64,000 nucleotides of DNA from Octopus sinensis (lineage: Eukaryota): positions 37,200,001-37,264,000 of the forward strand of contig NC_043012.1 of assembly GCF_006345805.1 (NCBI RefSeq), given 5' to 3'. A model generated the notes under the pieces. That model saw only the letters and a program-made list of their open reading frames with translations. It searched no databases and was not told where the DNA came from. Positions 24,512 to 36,490 of this stretch are shown one piece after another. Each line of letters starts with the position of its first letter. Positions within the stretch are counted from its first letter, which is position 1. A program made the position numbers and the translations under genes.

Positions 24512-25311
24512 TACAGGAAAATATCACCTTGCTTGGAAACAGGTGAGAATAAATGATAGGAACGTTGTTCATCTGTAGAAAATTTGGCAAAATAAATTTT
24601 GTTTGACCCATAAAAGCATGGAAATCTAGATTGGTAAATGATGATGACAATGATGTGTGCATGTGCACGTGCATACGTGTGTCTGTAAAACTGGCTCCTT
24701 TCATTTTCCCACAAAAACCAAAAAAAAAATTCCACTCACAACACTTTAGTTGTCCCTGGGCTATGGTTATTTAATTACATTAATTCTTAAACTAAAGCAA
24801 AGAGACCATATTCCGCTGTCTCCTGTCACTCTAAAGAAACAAATTGTTCTGGAAATTATGAGATCCTCTTTGTAAATCTATCAAGACAGAACAACTTTTG
24901 AAGAAAAATTACATTTCTATATCCAGCCTTCATCACCAATATTCTACTTTCACAAAAAACCAATTGCAGAAAAGAAATTGAGTTAAATGTCTATTGATCT
25001 CTTATTTTATTTTCCTCAAAATCTTTCTCACTTTCTGAGCAAATCAATGCAAGAAATATATGTGCCACTTTGGTATAATTTCCGATAGCCTCAATAGATG
25101 GAGTGTCACTTTTGTCTGAAGTCAAGCAAAAGTATTATCTCAATTTTAAGGAGACAAAAAGAGATTCCAGGAAGTTAGTCTCAATGATAAGGTTTTATTG
25201 CAGCAGGGAGGAATAAAGGGAAAGTTATTTGAAAAAAAGATTAAAATTCGAAATTTTTGGTTTGATTTCCTACTTTATTTCTTTTTAACGTATGGGCAGC
25301 AATGAGGTAGA

Positions 25312-25545
25312 GAGGTACTATAGGTGGAAATATAATACAAAGGTAGCGTTAATATAAAGGTACTATAGGTATGAATGTAAAAGAGAGGTACAATAGGTAG
25401 GAATGTGATGGAAAGGTACTATAGGTAACAATTTGATACAAAAGTACTATAGGTACAAATGTGATATATAAAGGTACTATAGGTAGGAAGATTGGTATTA
25501 TAGGTGGAAATGTGATAGGCAGGTACTACAGGTAGGAATGTGAAA
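25312..25545. repeat. Degenerate ~27-bp minisatellite (aggtactataggtaggaatgtgat)
   Basis: About 8 visible units. Confidence 0.8.
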
Positions 25546-26138
25546 TGAACGACAATTGGCGTGGTTATTTACACCCAATCAAAAGACAAGCATATACAAA
25601 AGATAGCTTAGCTTCATGTCCTCATAGTAATTTCAATAAAAAAATGGATATATGAGAAGGGGGGAGGAGAAGGCGAGGAAGAAGGGGGGAGAGAAAGGGA
25701 GAGTGAGATAGAAAGAAGAGAAGGTTAGAGAAAGAATATGCATGTGCAACTGTAGCCATTTTAGGTTGCTTACACACAATAGAACCAGGTTTTTACAAGA
25801 GATTCTAAGAATCCAAGCTGCAGTTCTGAATATAATTAGAATTTAATATTATTATTTTTTTTTCAATGCAAGAATATAAAAGGCTGAAATGAAAGAAATT
25901 TTTGTCTTATGGCAGCATTGAATACAACAAGAGATTAGTTGCTGGTCACAGCTAAATAAAAGACTCTAAAGAAAAAAAAATGGTTAGAAGACACAATGGA
26001 AGAAATATGAAGACATGGCAGTTCTTATTAAAAGAGAAAAATGATGAATAATGTTTAAGATTTTAAGAATGATGTTTAACCCTTTTAATACCAACCTGGG
26101 TGAGATAATACTTTGGTCTACAATATCAACTTCCTGTT

Positions 26139-26367
26139 TTAACCCTTTAGTGTTGGTATTATTCTGCCAAAATTAATCCTTTTTTATCCAAATTGTTTTG
26201 AACTAATCAGGCATTATCTTGGTGCTATGAGATTTTGATGAGGTAGCTGTTAATTTTTAAGACGATATTGTAGGGCTGGTGTGAGAGACCAGATCTGGCC
26301 AGTTTGAACATAAAACAGGCAGAATACTTTTGGCCGGATATGGCCGGTTTAAATGCTAAAGGGTTAA
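26139..26367 (+). mobile_element. piggyBac-type MITE (second family) nested at a TTAA inside another MITE starting at 26076
   Basis: TTAA-CCCTTTAG ... CTAAAGGG-TTAA. The host element resumes after it. Confidence 0.75.
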
Positions 26368-27372
26368 AGTCATCTAAATTGGAACTTTCATCTAAATTCC
26401 ATTCTAATATATTTTCTAACTACTCGGTTCATAATGGTATGGTTATTTTACTATTCTTCATTATTTTTAGAATTAATTGAAATAAAGGCAGTGTATTGTA
26501 ACAGAAATATGGAAATGAAATGGTTAAAGCTCTCCCCTCAAAATTTTGGTTTTATTTATGTTCCAAAGCATCATAACGACAAAGTTATTTTAATTAAATT
26601 CTTTCAAAATTAGTTGAAACAAAAGAAGTGGTTTCAATGGAAATATGGTAACAAAGCAGCCAAAGTGATACAAATTAAAACCTTTCAAGAAAATTTCTTG
26701 TCCATTTATGTTCCAAGCACCAACTTAATAATGACAAAATTATTTCATTAAATTCTTCACCATTTTCAAAACTGACTGGAACAAAGGCAGTGTATTCCAA
26801 CAGGAATATGGTAACAAAAGGCTTAAAGTGATCTGAATTAAAACTTTACATCAAGATTTCATGTTAATTTATGTTCCAAACACCAGCTTAATCTCTATAT
26901 ATAAAGCTGAAGTTGTCTGTGTATGGCAGGTTTGGTAGCCTTCAACTAACACTATCTCCTCCAAGACCCTGCGGCACAAGTTGACCAAAATTAAGATTAT
27001 GATAGAAAAAGGCTTGCTCTTCCTTCCGTAGAAGATAAAATTCAAATCGGACCATGTTAACACCAAACATTATTTACATAAAAAAGGGGCTTTTTTTCTA
27101 CGAAAATCCCTATTTTTTACTGCTGTGTCGTCATTTTTCGGTGTATTTCAACCAGAAAAATGTTCACTTAAAGAAAATAACAAGCTACATAATGCAAAAT
27201 TTTTACTTTTCAAAGATTCCAATTCTCAAGGATCGAAACAAACCTGAGCAACGCTGGGCGATATTGCTAGTAATGATAAAAGTTATTTCACTAAATTCTT
27301 CATTATTGAAAAGGTTTTCTGAAACAAAGGCAGTGTATTTTCAACAGAAAAATGGTAACGAAAGTGTTAAAG
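26368..27372. repeat. Tandem array of ~140-165-bp units derived from the piggyBac-type MITE 3' half
   Basis: Repeated ttatgttcc...ttatttt..taaattctt...aacagaaatatggtaacaaaag. One unit is split by the Helitron. Confidence 0.7.
26892..27270 (+). mobile_element. Non-autonomous Helitron-like element sharing both termini with 12601-12997
   Basis: A|TCtctatatataaagctgaagttgtctgtg ... gagcaacgctgggcgatattgCTAG|T. Removing it restores the host repeat (cagcttaa|taatgataaaag). Confidence 0.8.
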
Positions 27373-28505
27373 ATGTCATAATTGTAAAAGAAGCCATCCT
27401 GCTCTAAAAGTTTTCATGAAAAAAGCATGGATCCTTAAGTCACTTCTGGTGTTTGCTGTGCTCTGACATCTTTTTGTGTGTGTGTGTGAATTGGAACCTA
27501 ATGAAGATGGATGAGGCAAGAAAGCACCATACCAAATACATCACAGCATTCGGTTTCGTCTTTCACATTTTCAACCAGAACTGACGAAGGTTTTTTTTTT
27601 TTAATCTCCACTAGAATTGGTAAAACAAGCAGCAGTAATTTACAGGATCAATGCAATTAAACTAGTTTCTACTCTGTTAAAGGCATAACCTTGTAACTAA
27701 TTAAGAAATCAAGATTTTCTCATTAACTGAAAATTTTAGAAATTATCTCCAATTCCATTTTCCCCATGTCATTATCATCATCATTGTCTTAATGTCCCCT
27801 ATTCCATGCTTGCCTGGGTGATGTGGAATCTATTGAGGTGTATTTTCTGTGGCCAGTTGACGTTTCTATTGTCAATTCTCACCTGCTTCCAAACAAGGTA
27901 ATACTTCCCCATGACCAGGTAAGTTTCCACAGAAGATTGCAAATGAATGACACTGCTTGAATAACAGTGGCGATCGTTTACAGCTATCATGTAAAATCAA
28001 GACAAAGAGACCAAACACACACACACACACATAAAAAGAGCATCCAGTCGACATTGTGAAGTGGTTGGCATCCAACTATAAAAACCACTGACCTGTACCT
28101 GTGCTGGTGCCATATAAAAAGCACTCAGTCCACTCTGAAGGGTGGTTGGTGTTAGGAAGGGCATCCAGCTGTAAAGGACCTTCCTAAAACAGACACAGAA
28201 GTGTGGTGCAGGCTTCTGCCTGGCCAACTCCGGTCAAACTGTCCAATCCAAGCCAGCAGGGAAGGAGGACATTTGATGATGATAATTATGATGATTGCTA
28301 ACTTTTTGTATGGACAATGGTCAGTGATGGTCTTCCTCAGTCAGATATGGACAGACATCGTACACATGATAAGCTTCTTTCAGCTTTCATTTACCAAATC
28401 CATTCACAAGGAATCGGTCAACTGGGGTTATAAGCAGAAAACACTTGCTCAAGATGCCATGCAATGAGACTGAACTAGAAACCACCTTGGTGGCAATTAA
28501 ATTTC

Positions 28506-28730
28506 TTAACGACCCATGCAACAGATTAATATGGATGACATATCGTCTCTTCGATCATCTCCTAACGACCCATACAACAGATTAATATGGATGACATATC
28601 GTCTCTTCGATCATCTCCTAACGACCCATACAACAGATTAATATGGATGACACATCGTCTCTTCGATCATCTCCTAACGACCCATACAACAGATTAATAT
28701 GGATGACATATCGTCTCTTCGATCATCTCC
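28506..28730. repeat. Four near-identical 56-bp tandem repeats in SWSAP1-like intron
   Basis: Unit taacgacccatacaacagattaatatggatgacatatcgtctcttcgatcatctcc starts at 28507, 28563, 28619 and 28675. Confidence 0.95.
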
Positions 28731-28776
28731 CATCATCAACAGTCCTGTACAAATTGCCAGAAACTTCTATACTTAC

Positions 28777-28910
28777 ATGCCATCAAAAGTACGTAAAACA
28801 ACCGGTTTTTGGTTTTTCTGCCACAAGTCCAAGTTCCGGAGCAGTTTGTCTTTGTCTCCATCCATCCAATGAGACAACAGAGGGAAGATCCGGGTCAAGG
28901 CGGCAGCCAT
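28777..28910 (-). CDS. SWSAP1: First coding exon of an SWSAP1-like (Shu complex RAD51-paralog) gene: MAAALTRIFPLLSHWMDGDKDKLLRNLDLWQKNQKPVVLRTFDG+AT
   Basis: ATG at 28910 follows a strong pyrimidine tract and acceptor (ttctgttcttgccttccag|A ATG GCT GCC GCC). Open frame of 44 codons +2 nt ends at a canonical donor GGCAT|gtaagt. The phase-2 end joins the 19744 exon in frame (AT|G AAT AAA). Gene name from remembered family similarity, not a search. Confidence 0.7.
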
Positions 28911-29376
28911 TCTGGAAGGCAAGAACAGAAAAGAAAAGAAGCAAAGAATTCGCAATAACCAAATGGGTGCAGAGACCGTTTCTGTGTCTTTTACCTGTTT
29001 CAGGCATTAGACTGTGGCCATGCTGGGGCACCAGATTGAAGAATTTTAGACAAAGGAATCAACTCCAGGACTTATTCCATCGGTCTCTTTTGCTGAACCA
29101 CTAAGTTACAGGATGTAAACACACCAACACTGGTTGCCAAGTGGTGGGGGTGGGGACAAATATAGGCACAAAGACACGTACATACATACTGGGAAACAAA
29201 CCTATGTAAAAGTTAGACACAGGAGTGGTCATGTGGTAAGTAGCTTGCTTACCAACCACATGGTTCCAGGTTCAGTCTCACTGTGTGGCACCTTGGGCAA
29301 GTGTCTTCTATTATAGCCTCGGGCTGACCAAAGCCTTGTGAGTGGATTTGGTAGGTGGAAACAGAAAGAAGCCTGT

Positions 29377-29419
<43 letters not shown>

Positions 29420-30460
29420 GTATTTGTGTGTCTGTGTTTGTCTCCCCACCATTGCTTGGTAAGTGATGTTGGTGTGTTTATGTCCCTGTAACTTAGTGGT
29501 TCGGCCTAAGAGACCGATAGAATAAGTACTAGGCTTACAAAGAATAAGTCTGGAGGTTGATTTGTTTGACTATATACGTATACACCCCCTCCCCATACAC
29601 ATACATATATACTGTAAATGTATATATGTGTGTGTGTGTATATACATACATATATGCATATATATTATATATATATATATATTTATATAAATACATACAA
29701 TGGGCTTCTTTCAATTTCCATTTAGCAAATCCACTCACAAGGCTTTGGTCAGTGCAAGAATATAGAAGACACTTGCCCAAAGTCCCACACAGTGGGACTG
29801 AACCTGGAACCATGTGGTTGGGAAGCAAACCTATGTAAAAGTTAATTAAAACACAAGTTGAAGCGCCATGGGTCAGCGTGGTGGTTCCAGTACATTCCAT
29901 TGGCCATCCTCCAGAACAACCCCTTTTCCATTTTGTCCATTGAGATCATGGGACAGACTGACAAACCGTTTTTAGAGATTACTTGTTGCTTATTGTTTCA
30001 TTCTTTAATTCCTTCACATATAAAGTCTCCAAATGAAACAACTGAGGCATTACCAAATATCTTATTTGTCTGGGTTTTTAAAAATATGATTTTAAATCAG
30101 AAATGACTGAGACAATGCACCAGTAAGAATTGAACTCAAAACAACAACTGTTGAACTAGGAGATGTAAACTACCTATTTTTTCTATTCATTTCCTCTTTG
30201 TCAGTAATTAAACAATAATAATAACAATTCCCTTCTTTCTTATTTTGGCACAAGGCCAGTAATGTTATGGGCGGGGTAAGACGATTACATGGTCCCCAAT
30301 GCTCAACTGGCCTTTATTTTATTGACCCCATGAAAGGATGAAAGGCAGAGTTGACCTTTGCAGAATTTGAACTCAGAACGTAAATATGGATGGAATGCCG
30401 CTTAGCATTTTATCTGGTGTGTTCACAATGTTGCCACTTCACCACAATAATAATAATAAT

Positions 30461-30827
30461 AACAAGAGTACTCAGGGTGTGCAAACCTCTGCCAAGGCAA
30501 CACCAATGTCCTCTCAACGATTAGCCAGAGAGGATTTTTAAAATGAGAATATCTGAAATAAGCTCGACTGTTCTCACAAACGAGAATACTAAAAATGAAC
30601 CCAACCACTCTCAAATATTAAGTTAAAAAACAGGAAAAATTATCTAGAATCCTTGTCTGGTACTGGATCAATCCCAAAATCTAATCAGTTCATGCCAGTC
30701 ACGAGGCCAAACATTCCTAAAAGTTTCATCGGAACCCATCCATTAGTTCTTGAGATATCTTGTCCATGGACAAACAAACAAACATGACTGAAAACAATAC
30801 CTCTGCCTTTGCTAAGGCAGAGGTAAT
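30461..30827 (+). mobile_element. Helentron/HINE-like mini-element
   Basis: Subterminal acctctgccaagg near the 5' end and 3' stem-loop tacctctgcctt-tgct-aaggcagaggta (30798-30825). Sits in (TAA)n. Second copy inverted at 60557-60923. Confidence 0.55.
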
Positions 30828-33479
30828 AATACTTTCTACTATAGATACAGGGGCAGGTTTTTGTGGTGGAGAGGAGGTGAGTTGATTATATCTACCCCAG
30901 TATTCAACTGGTACTTATTTTATCAACCCTGAAAGGATGAAAGGTAAAGTCGACCTTGGTGGAATTTGAACTCAGAAATGTAAAGACTGAGGAAATGCCA
31001 CGAAGCATTTTGTCTGGTGTGCCAACGATTCTGTCAGTTCACTGCCTTAATGTTAATCCTTTCTACTAAAGGCACAAGGCCTGAAATTTAGGGGGAGGGA
31101 GTGCCAGTCGATTAGGTCGACTCCAGTATGTAACTGGTACTTAATTTATTGACCCTGAAAGGATAGAAGGCAAAGTCAACCCAGGTGGAATTTGAACTCA
31201 GAATGCAGCAGCAGACGAAATACCGCTAAGTATTTCGCTCAGTGTGCTAATGGTTCTGCCAGCTCAACGCCTTAACAATATAATATCAAAGACCAGACAA
31301 AATTCTTCATTGCTACTTGAAGAATTGATGTTTGTTAGAATGTCAGTTGGTGATACTGATTTTGTGCGAACTTATTGTGAGATTTTAATTAAACAACATA
31401 AAAAGTCTTAATTGTGTTTTCAAGTGATTGGGCTGAAAATTATAGTTTTAAGGCATCTACCAAATTATTATTAAACCAGACAGATGCCAGCAGTTATTAG
31501 TGATAAGGTTCCCAGTAAAAGATGGTTATCTTCGATGGAACCATGAGTTAAGGTAGTTAGAATGTCTTGACAAATATAATGAGGGGTTATATCAAAGGAA
31601 ATTACGCGATGAAGTCGAATCACAGAATCAACGGAAAGACTGAAGCGTTAACGTAAAGGGGAAAAGGAACGCTAACACAGGGGGGACAGAGAAAGGGGCT
31701 CAGGAGAGTGGTGGTGGTGGGGTTGCAAGGCATTGATAAATTATATTTCCATATCTTTGTGGCATCAGTTGAAGCACCGTTTTAGTTCTCAGTCATAAAT
31801 TTCCCCTGTAAAAGGGTCTTTGAAGTTTCGTTGTCGATTAGGTTAAAATATAATGACAGTTTCACAAACAGTTAATGTGCTGAATGCAAACTATTACCCA
31901 GGCATTTGCCAACTGATGTGTTTGGCATGCATTAATCAATGAAGCGCCTCTTAAGATTTTACGATCCCTTTATGCAGTCACCCTAGACAAATTAACTGCA
32001 AACAGGTCCCTGTTTAAACTCTGACTCACACACGATGACGAGTGCCTTTGTTTTTGTTTGTTGTTTTGTTTTAGCTCCAAAGTTTAACCTCTGATTGATA
32101 GAGTATATAATGGCATTCTTTATCTAATATAGCAACATGATATGAAGAATGAATCTATTATCTGCTGGGAAACTTCTCGTAGGTCAATGTATCGTGACTT
32201 GATCGAGTTCTGATAGCAGACAACTTGTCTAAATAGAGCTGCTATCACACGGCTAAAGAGACTCACCGAGTTAACTTAGTCTATTTAGATTAGTATATAG
32301 TTTTACAGAAATATACTAATATTTCATTAATAATATCACACAAAACAAGTAGCTTTTATTATTATTATTATTATTAAGGCAGTGAGCTGGCAGAATCGTT
32401 AGCATGCTGGGTGAAATGTTTAATGGTATTTCATCTGCCGCTACATTCTGAGTTCAAATTCCACTGAGGTTAACTTTGCCTTTCATCCTTTCGGGGTCGA
32501 TAAATAAAGTACCAGTTACACACTGGGGTCAATGTAATTGACTAATCCCCTCCCACCAAATTCCAGGCCTTGTGCCTATAGTAGAAAGGATTACTACTAC
32601 TACTACTACTATGGTGGTGAGCTGGCAGAGTTGTTAGTACAATGGGAAAAATGCTTAGCATCATTTCGTCTGCCTTGACGTTCTGAGTTCAAATCCTTCT
32701 GAGGTTGACTTTGCCTTTTATCCTTTCAGGGTCAATAAATTAAGTACAAATGAAACACTGGGGTCAATAGAATTGACTAGTTCCCTCCCCTCAAATTTCA
32801 GGCCTTGTGCCTATAGTAGAAAAGATTTTTATTATTACTAGGTGCCCCCCCACCGTGCCATCCAAAATGATGGCTAATAGTAGTATTTTATATATAGATA
32901 TGGATGGAAAATCAAATTATTACACTTGTCAATGTTCACATACATTCACATACTTCCCTTGTACAAGCACACATGTACACACATAAACTCACATAGAGTT
33001 GAAACGCTGTTTGATTTTTCTTATCAGCATTGAATGTTTACCATCCCACTTCCATTGCACACACACACACATTCATGTACCACCCTTTTACATACACACA
33101 CATTTTACTCACACAGAGTTGAAACACTCCCACTACCAGTTTGCCACCACCCCTTCCTCCCTTATTCATTTATCATCCCTTCCTTTCTCATTCATATGTT
33201 GTGACAGAGAAAAACACACGAGTATTATTATAGTAGATTATTACTGAGCTCGCAGAATCATTACCACACTGGATCAAATGCTTAGCGGTATTTCGCTGAT
33301 TGCTATGTTCTGAGTTCAAATCCCACAGAGGTCGACTTTGCCTTTCATCCTTTCAGGGTCAATAAATTAAGTACCAGTCAAATACTGGGGTTGGTGTAAT
33401 CAACTAGTTCCCCCTCCCCCTAAATTTCAGGCCTTGTGCTTCCAGTAGAAAGGATTATTATTATCATTATTATTATTAT

Positions 33480-33655
33480 TACCTTTGCACAGCTTCTAAC
33501 ACTGGAGATGTACTACAGTGTCAGATGTTCACTATCAGTGAACTAAGGTAACACACCTTATTTTTCGAGCACCTTCCGGAGTATTCGAGCGGTTCCAAGC
33601 AGTGCTGTTTCTGCAAGTGCTCCACCCTTATTGCAGCCCTATTTGTTCCACGTTT
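33480..33655 (-). mobile_element. Short R4/Dong-type 3' end
   Basis: Minus translation ...AAIRVEHLQK-ALLGTARILRKVLE* followed by a 3' UTR and (TAA)n. Confidence 0.6.
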
Positions 33656-34014
33656 TTTTTATTATTATTATCATTATTATTATTATCATTATTCCACATG
33701 CGTTTTCTGCATGGTATTGGCAACATATAATGGCACGATAAGATATCAAATGTCAAAATGTTAAAAAACCCACAATATCTCCAAGAGAGAAAGCATGTTG
33801 TCAAGAATTCAGTGCAGATGGGCAGGACATGTTGCTCAGAAGCAAGACGGTTGCATTGCCAAAATAAGTACTCAACTGGTACTTATTTTTTTGACCCAGA
33901 AAGGATGAAAGACAAAGTTGACCTTGGCGGAATTTGAACTCAGAATGCCAAGATGAACTAAATGCAGCTAAGCATTTTGCACAGTGTGCCAACGGTTTTA
34001 CCATCTTGCCTTAT

Positions 34015-34067
34015 TATCATTATTATTACTATTAACGCTCGTATGTCATCTTCAACGGCAGAGTCCG

Positions 34068-34108
<41 letters not shown>

Positions 34109-34142
34109 ATTCATATGTCATCTTCGACGGCAGAGTCCGTCA

Positions 34143-34186
<44 letters not shown>

Positions 34187-34397
34187 GTTCATATGTCATC
34201 TTCGACGGCAGAGTCCGCCATCATCATCATCATTATTATTATTAACACTCATATGTCATCTTTGACGGCAGAGTCCGTCATCATCATTATTATTATTAAA
34301 ACTCATACGTCATCTTCGACGGCGGAGTCCGTCATTATCATTATTATTATTATTAACACTTATATGTCATCTTTGACGGCAGAGTCAATCATCATCA

Positions 34398-34438
<41 letters not shown>

Positions 34439-34440
34439 GA
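34015..34440. repeat. Compound minisatellite: six ~38-bp cores separated by variable (TCA)n(TTA)n
   Basis: Core taacgttcatatgtcatcttcgacggcagagtccgtca at ~34032, 34104, 34182, 34242, 34296 and 34353. Confidence 0.9.
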
Positions 34441-35375
34441 TGTAGTTAAAACTTTATTAATATCACTTCACAGTCAATGGGAAATTATTTCTGATTTGAA
34501 AAATGTGTTTACAACTTGATCAAACAAACAAGACACGTTTCCATTGCAGAAAGATCAAGAAATTCGGTAAAGGTAAAAATAAGAGAACCGTGTTTATTAG
34601 GAACCATTCAGAATGCTGTGAACACAAAGGGCAGTCATTACAGAGCTGTGGCGCTTGTGTAAAAGCGAAGTTGGAATGAGAGTTTGGCCGTGTAAAAGTT
34701 GCTCGTTTCATAATAAATATTGATTTATGTTTCATACAATTGTCCTCAAATCCAGGGTGTTTTGTTAGAGACGAAGGAAAATAAATAAATAAGCGTTCTC
34801 TGTAGGACTTTTTCAATGAAAGTAAACTTTGTTGAAATTATTTATGAATTGAGGTTGTTCACATCATTTGTACTTCTAAGAATTGAAAAGAAAGGAGGAG
34901 AGAAAGAAAAAAAAACTGAATGAAAGAATTCCTGAATTGAATAAATAACTGGAAAGCTCCATTCTAGAATTACTAATTCTGTCTGGGAAGAGAAGAGAAT
35001 AATTGTAACTTTTAATAAAGGTCTCTGATTACAAGAAAAGAAAAAAACTGAAGTTGTTCCCAAAATGGTATCATGAAATGTGAGGCCTCAAGCTGGCAGA
35101 ATTGTTAGCACGTTGGGCATGCTTAATGGTATTTTGCCTGTCTTTATGGTCTGAGTTCAAATCCTGTTCTGGTTAACATTGCCTTGCATCCTTTTCGGAT
35201 CGAAAAAATAAGTACCAGTTAAGTATTGGGGTCAATGTAATCAATTTATCTCCTCCCCCGAAATTGCTGGCCTTGTGCCAAAATTTGTAATCATTATTAT
35301 CATTATTAAGGTGATGAGCTGGCAGAGTCATTAGCATGCAGGGCAAAATGCTTAACGGTATTTTGTCTGGCATAA

Positions 35376-35612
35376 GGCGGAGAGCTGGCAGACACGTTAG
35401 CGCGCCGGGCGAAATGCTTAGCAGTATTTCGTCTGCCGTTACGTTCTGAGTTCAAATTCCGCCGAGGTCGACTTTACCTTTCATCCTTTTGGGGTCAATA
35501 AATTAAGTACCAGTTACGCACTGGGGTCGATGTAATCGAACTTAATACCTATGTCTGTCCTTGTTTGTCCCCTCTATGTTTAGCCCCTTGTGGGTAATAA
35601 AGAAATAGGTAT
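35376..35612 (+). mobile_element. tRNA-derived SINE, family C, young copy nested in an older family-C head (many further copies, e.g. 13770-14150, 17350-17600(-), 30230-31275(-), 32380-32830, 36580-36815, 60420-60560)
   Basis: aaggcggagagctggcag...gagttcaaattccgccgaggtcgactttacctttcatcctttt-ggggtc...gtaccag core. Confidence 0.8.
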
Positions 35613-35787
35613 TTCGTCCGTTGCTACGTTCTGAGTTCAAATTCTGCTGAGGCCTTTCATCCATTTGGGGGTCAATAAATTAAGTACCATTTGAACACTG
35701 AAGTCGATGTAATCAACAAATTCCCTCCTCCCTCAAAATGGCTGCCCTTGTGGCAAAATTTGAAACCATTATTATTATTATTAATAT

Positions 35788-36490
35788 TATCATCTTCTTT
35801 CAATTCTGTTTCCATTCGTTGCTGAGTGTCTTCCTGACACCTAGGGCAGAGAAATGCACTGTATACACTGGTAGGCCATTAAAATTAACACACCAGATTG
35901 TTCCCTTACAAAGTCATGTGATAGAGAAAAAGGGGAAGAAAGACAAAGAGAAAAAATAAAAAAAGTAAACAAAGAAAATAAAGGGGGGTAAAAGGGACAG
36001 AAAATTCCCAGTGACAATGTTCTTCTCAATATGAGTGAGGCACCAGTGAAGACAATCTTTGGTGCTTCCTGCATGGATGGTAAGCCAGGGATCATTCTTA
36101 AATAATTTTCGGTTCCTTTTTTGATCATTCCAAGAGCTCCAACAATCACTGGTCTTGTAACCGTTTTGAGATTCCACATCTTTTCGATTTTAATTAGCAA
36201 ATCTTTATATTTTATGAGCCTATCAAATTCTTTTACTGAGATATTATGGTCACCAATCTTTACTCGTGTCAATCAATAAACAGACTTTATTGTTTTGCTC
36301 TTTCACAACAATACCTGCTTTGTTTGCTTCGATGGTCCGGTCTGTACATACTGGGATGTCCCAAAGAATCGTTACATTTTCTCCCTCAGTTACAGCCTCA
36401 GGGTGGTGCTTGTACCATTTGTCAGCACTTTTGATTTTATAATGCCAACACATTATCCAGTGTAGATACTGGCCAACTCTGTCATTCTTC
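35788..36490 (-). mobile_element. R4/Dong-clade non-LTR retrotransposon 3' fragment (CCHC-adjacent region and restriction-like endonuclease domain)
   Basis: Minus ORFs VTILWDIPVCTDRTIEANKAGIVVKEQNNKVCLLID and KYKDLLIKIEKMWNLKTVTRPVIVGALGMIKK...ILRRTLS. Bounded by (TAT)n runs. Confidence 0.85.

Noticed and set aside
28506-28730. CRISPR-like array (also considered for 34015-34440)
   Set aside because: Eukaryotic context, no unique spacers (units are contiguous or separated by microsatellite), and no cas genes.
33962-34519. 185-aa poly-Ile ORF
   Set aside because: By-product of a triplet-based compound minisatellite overlapping SINE ends.
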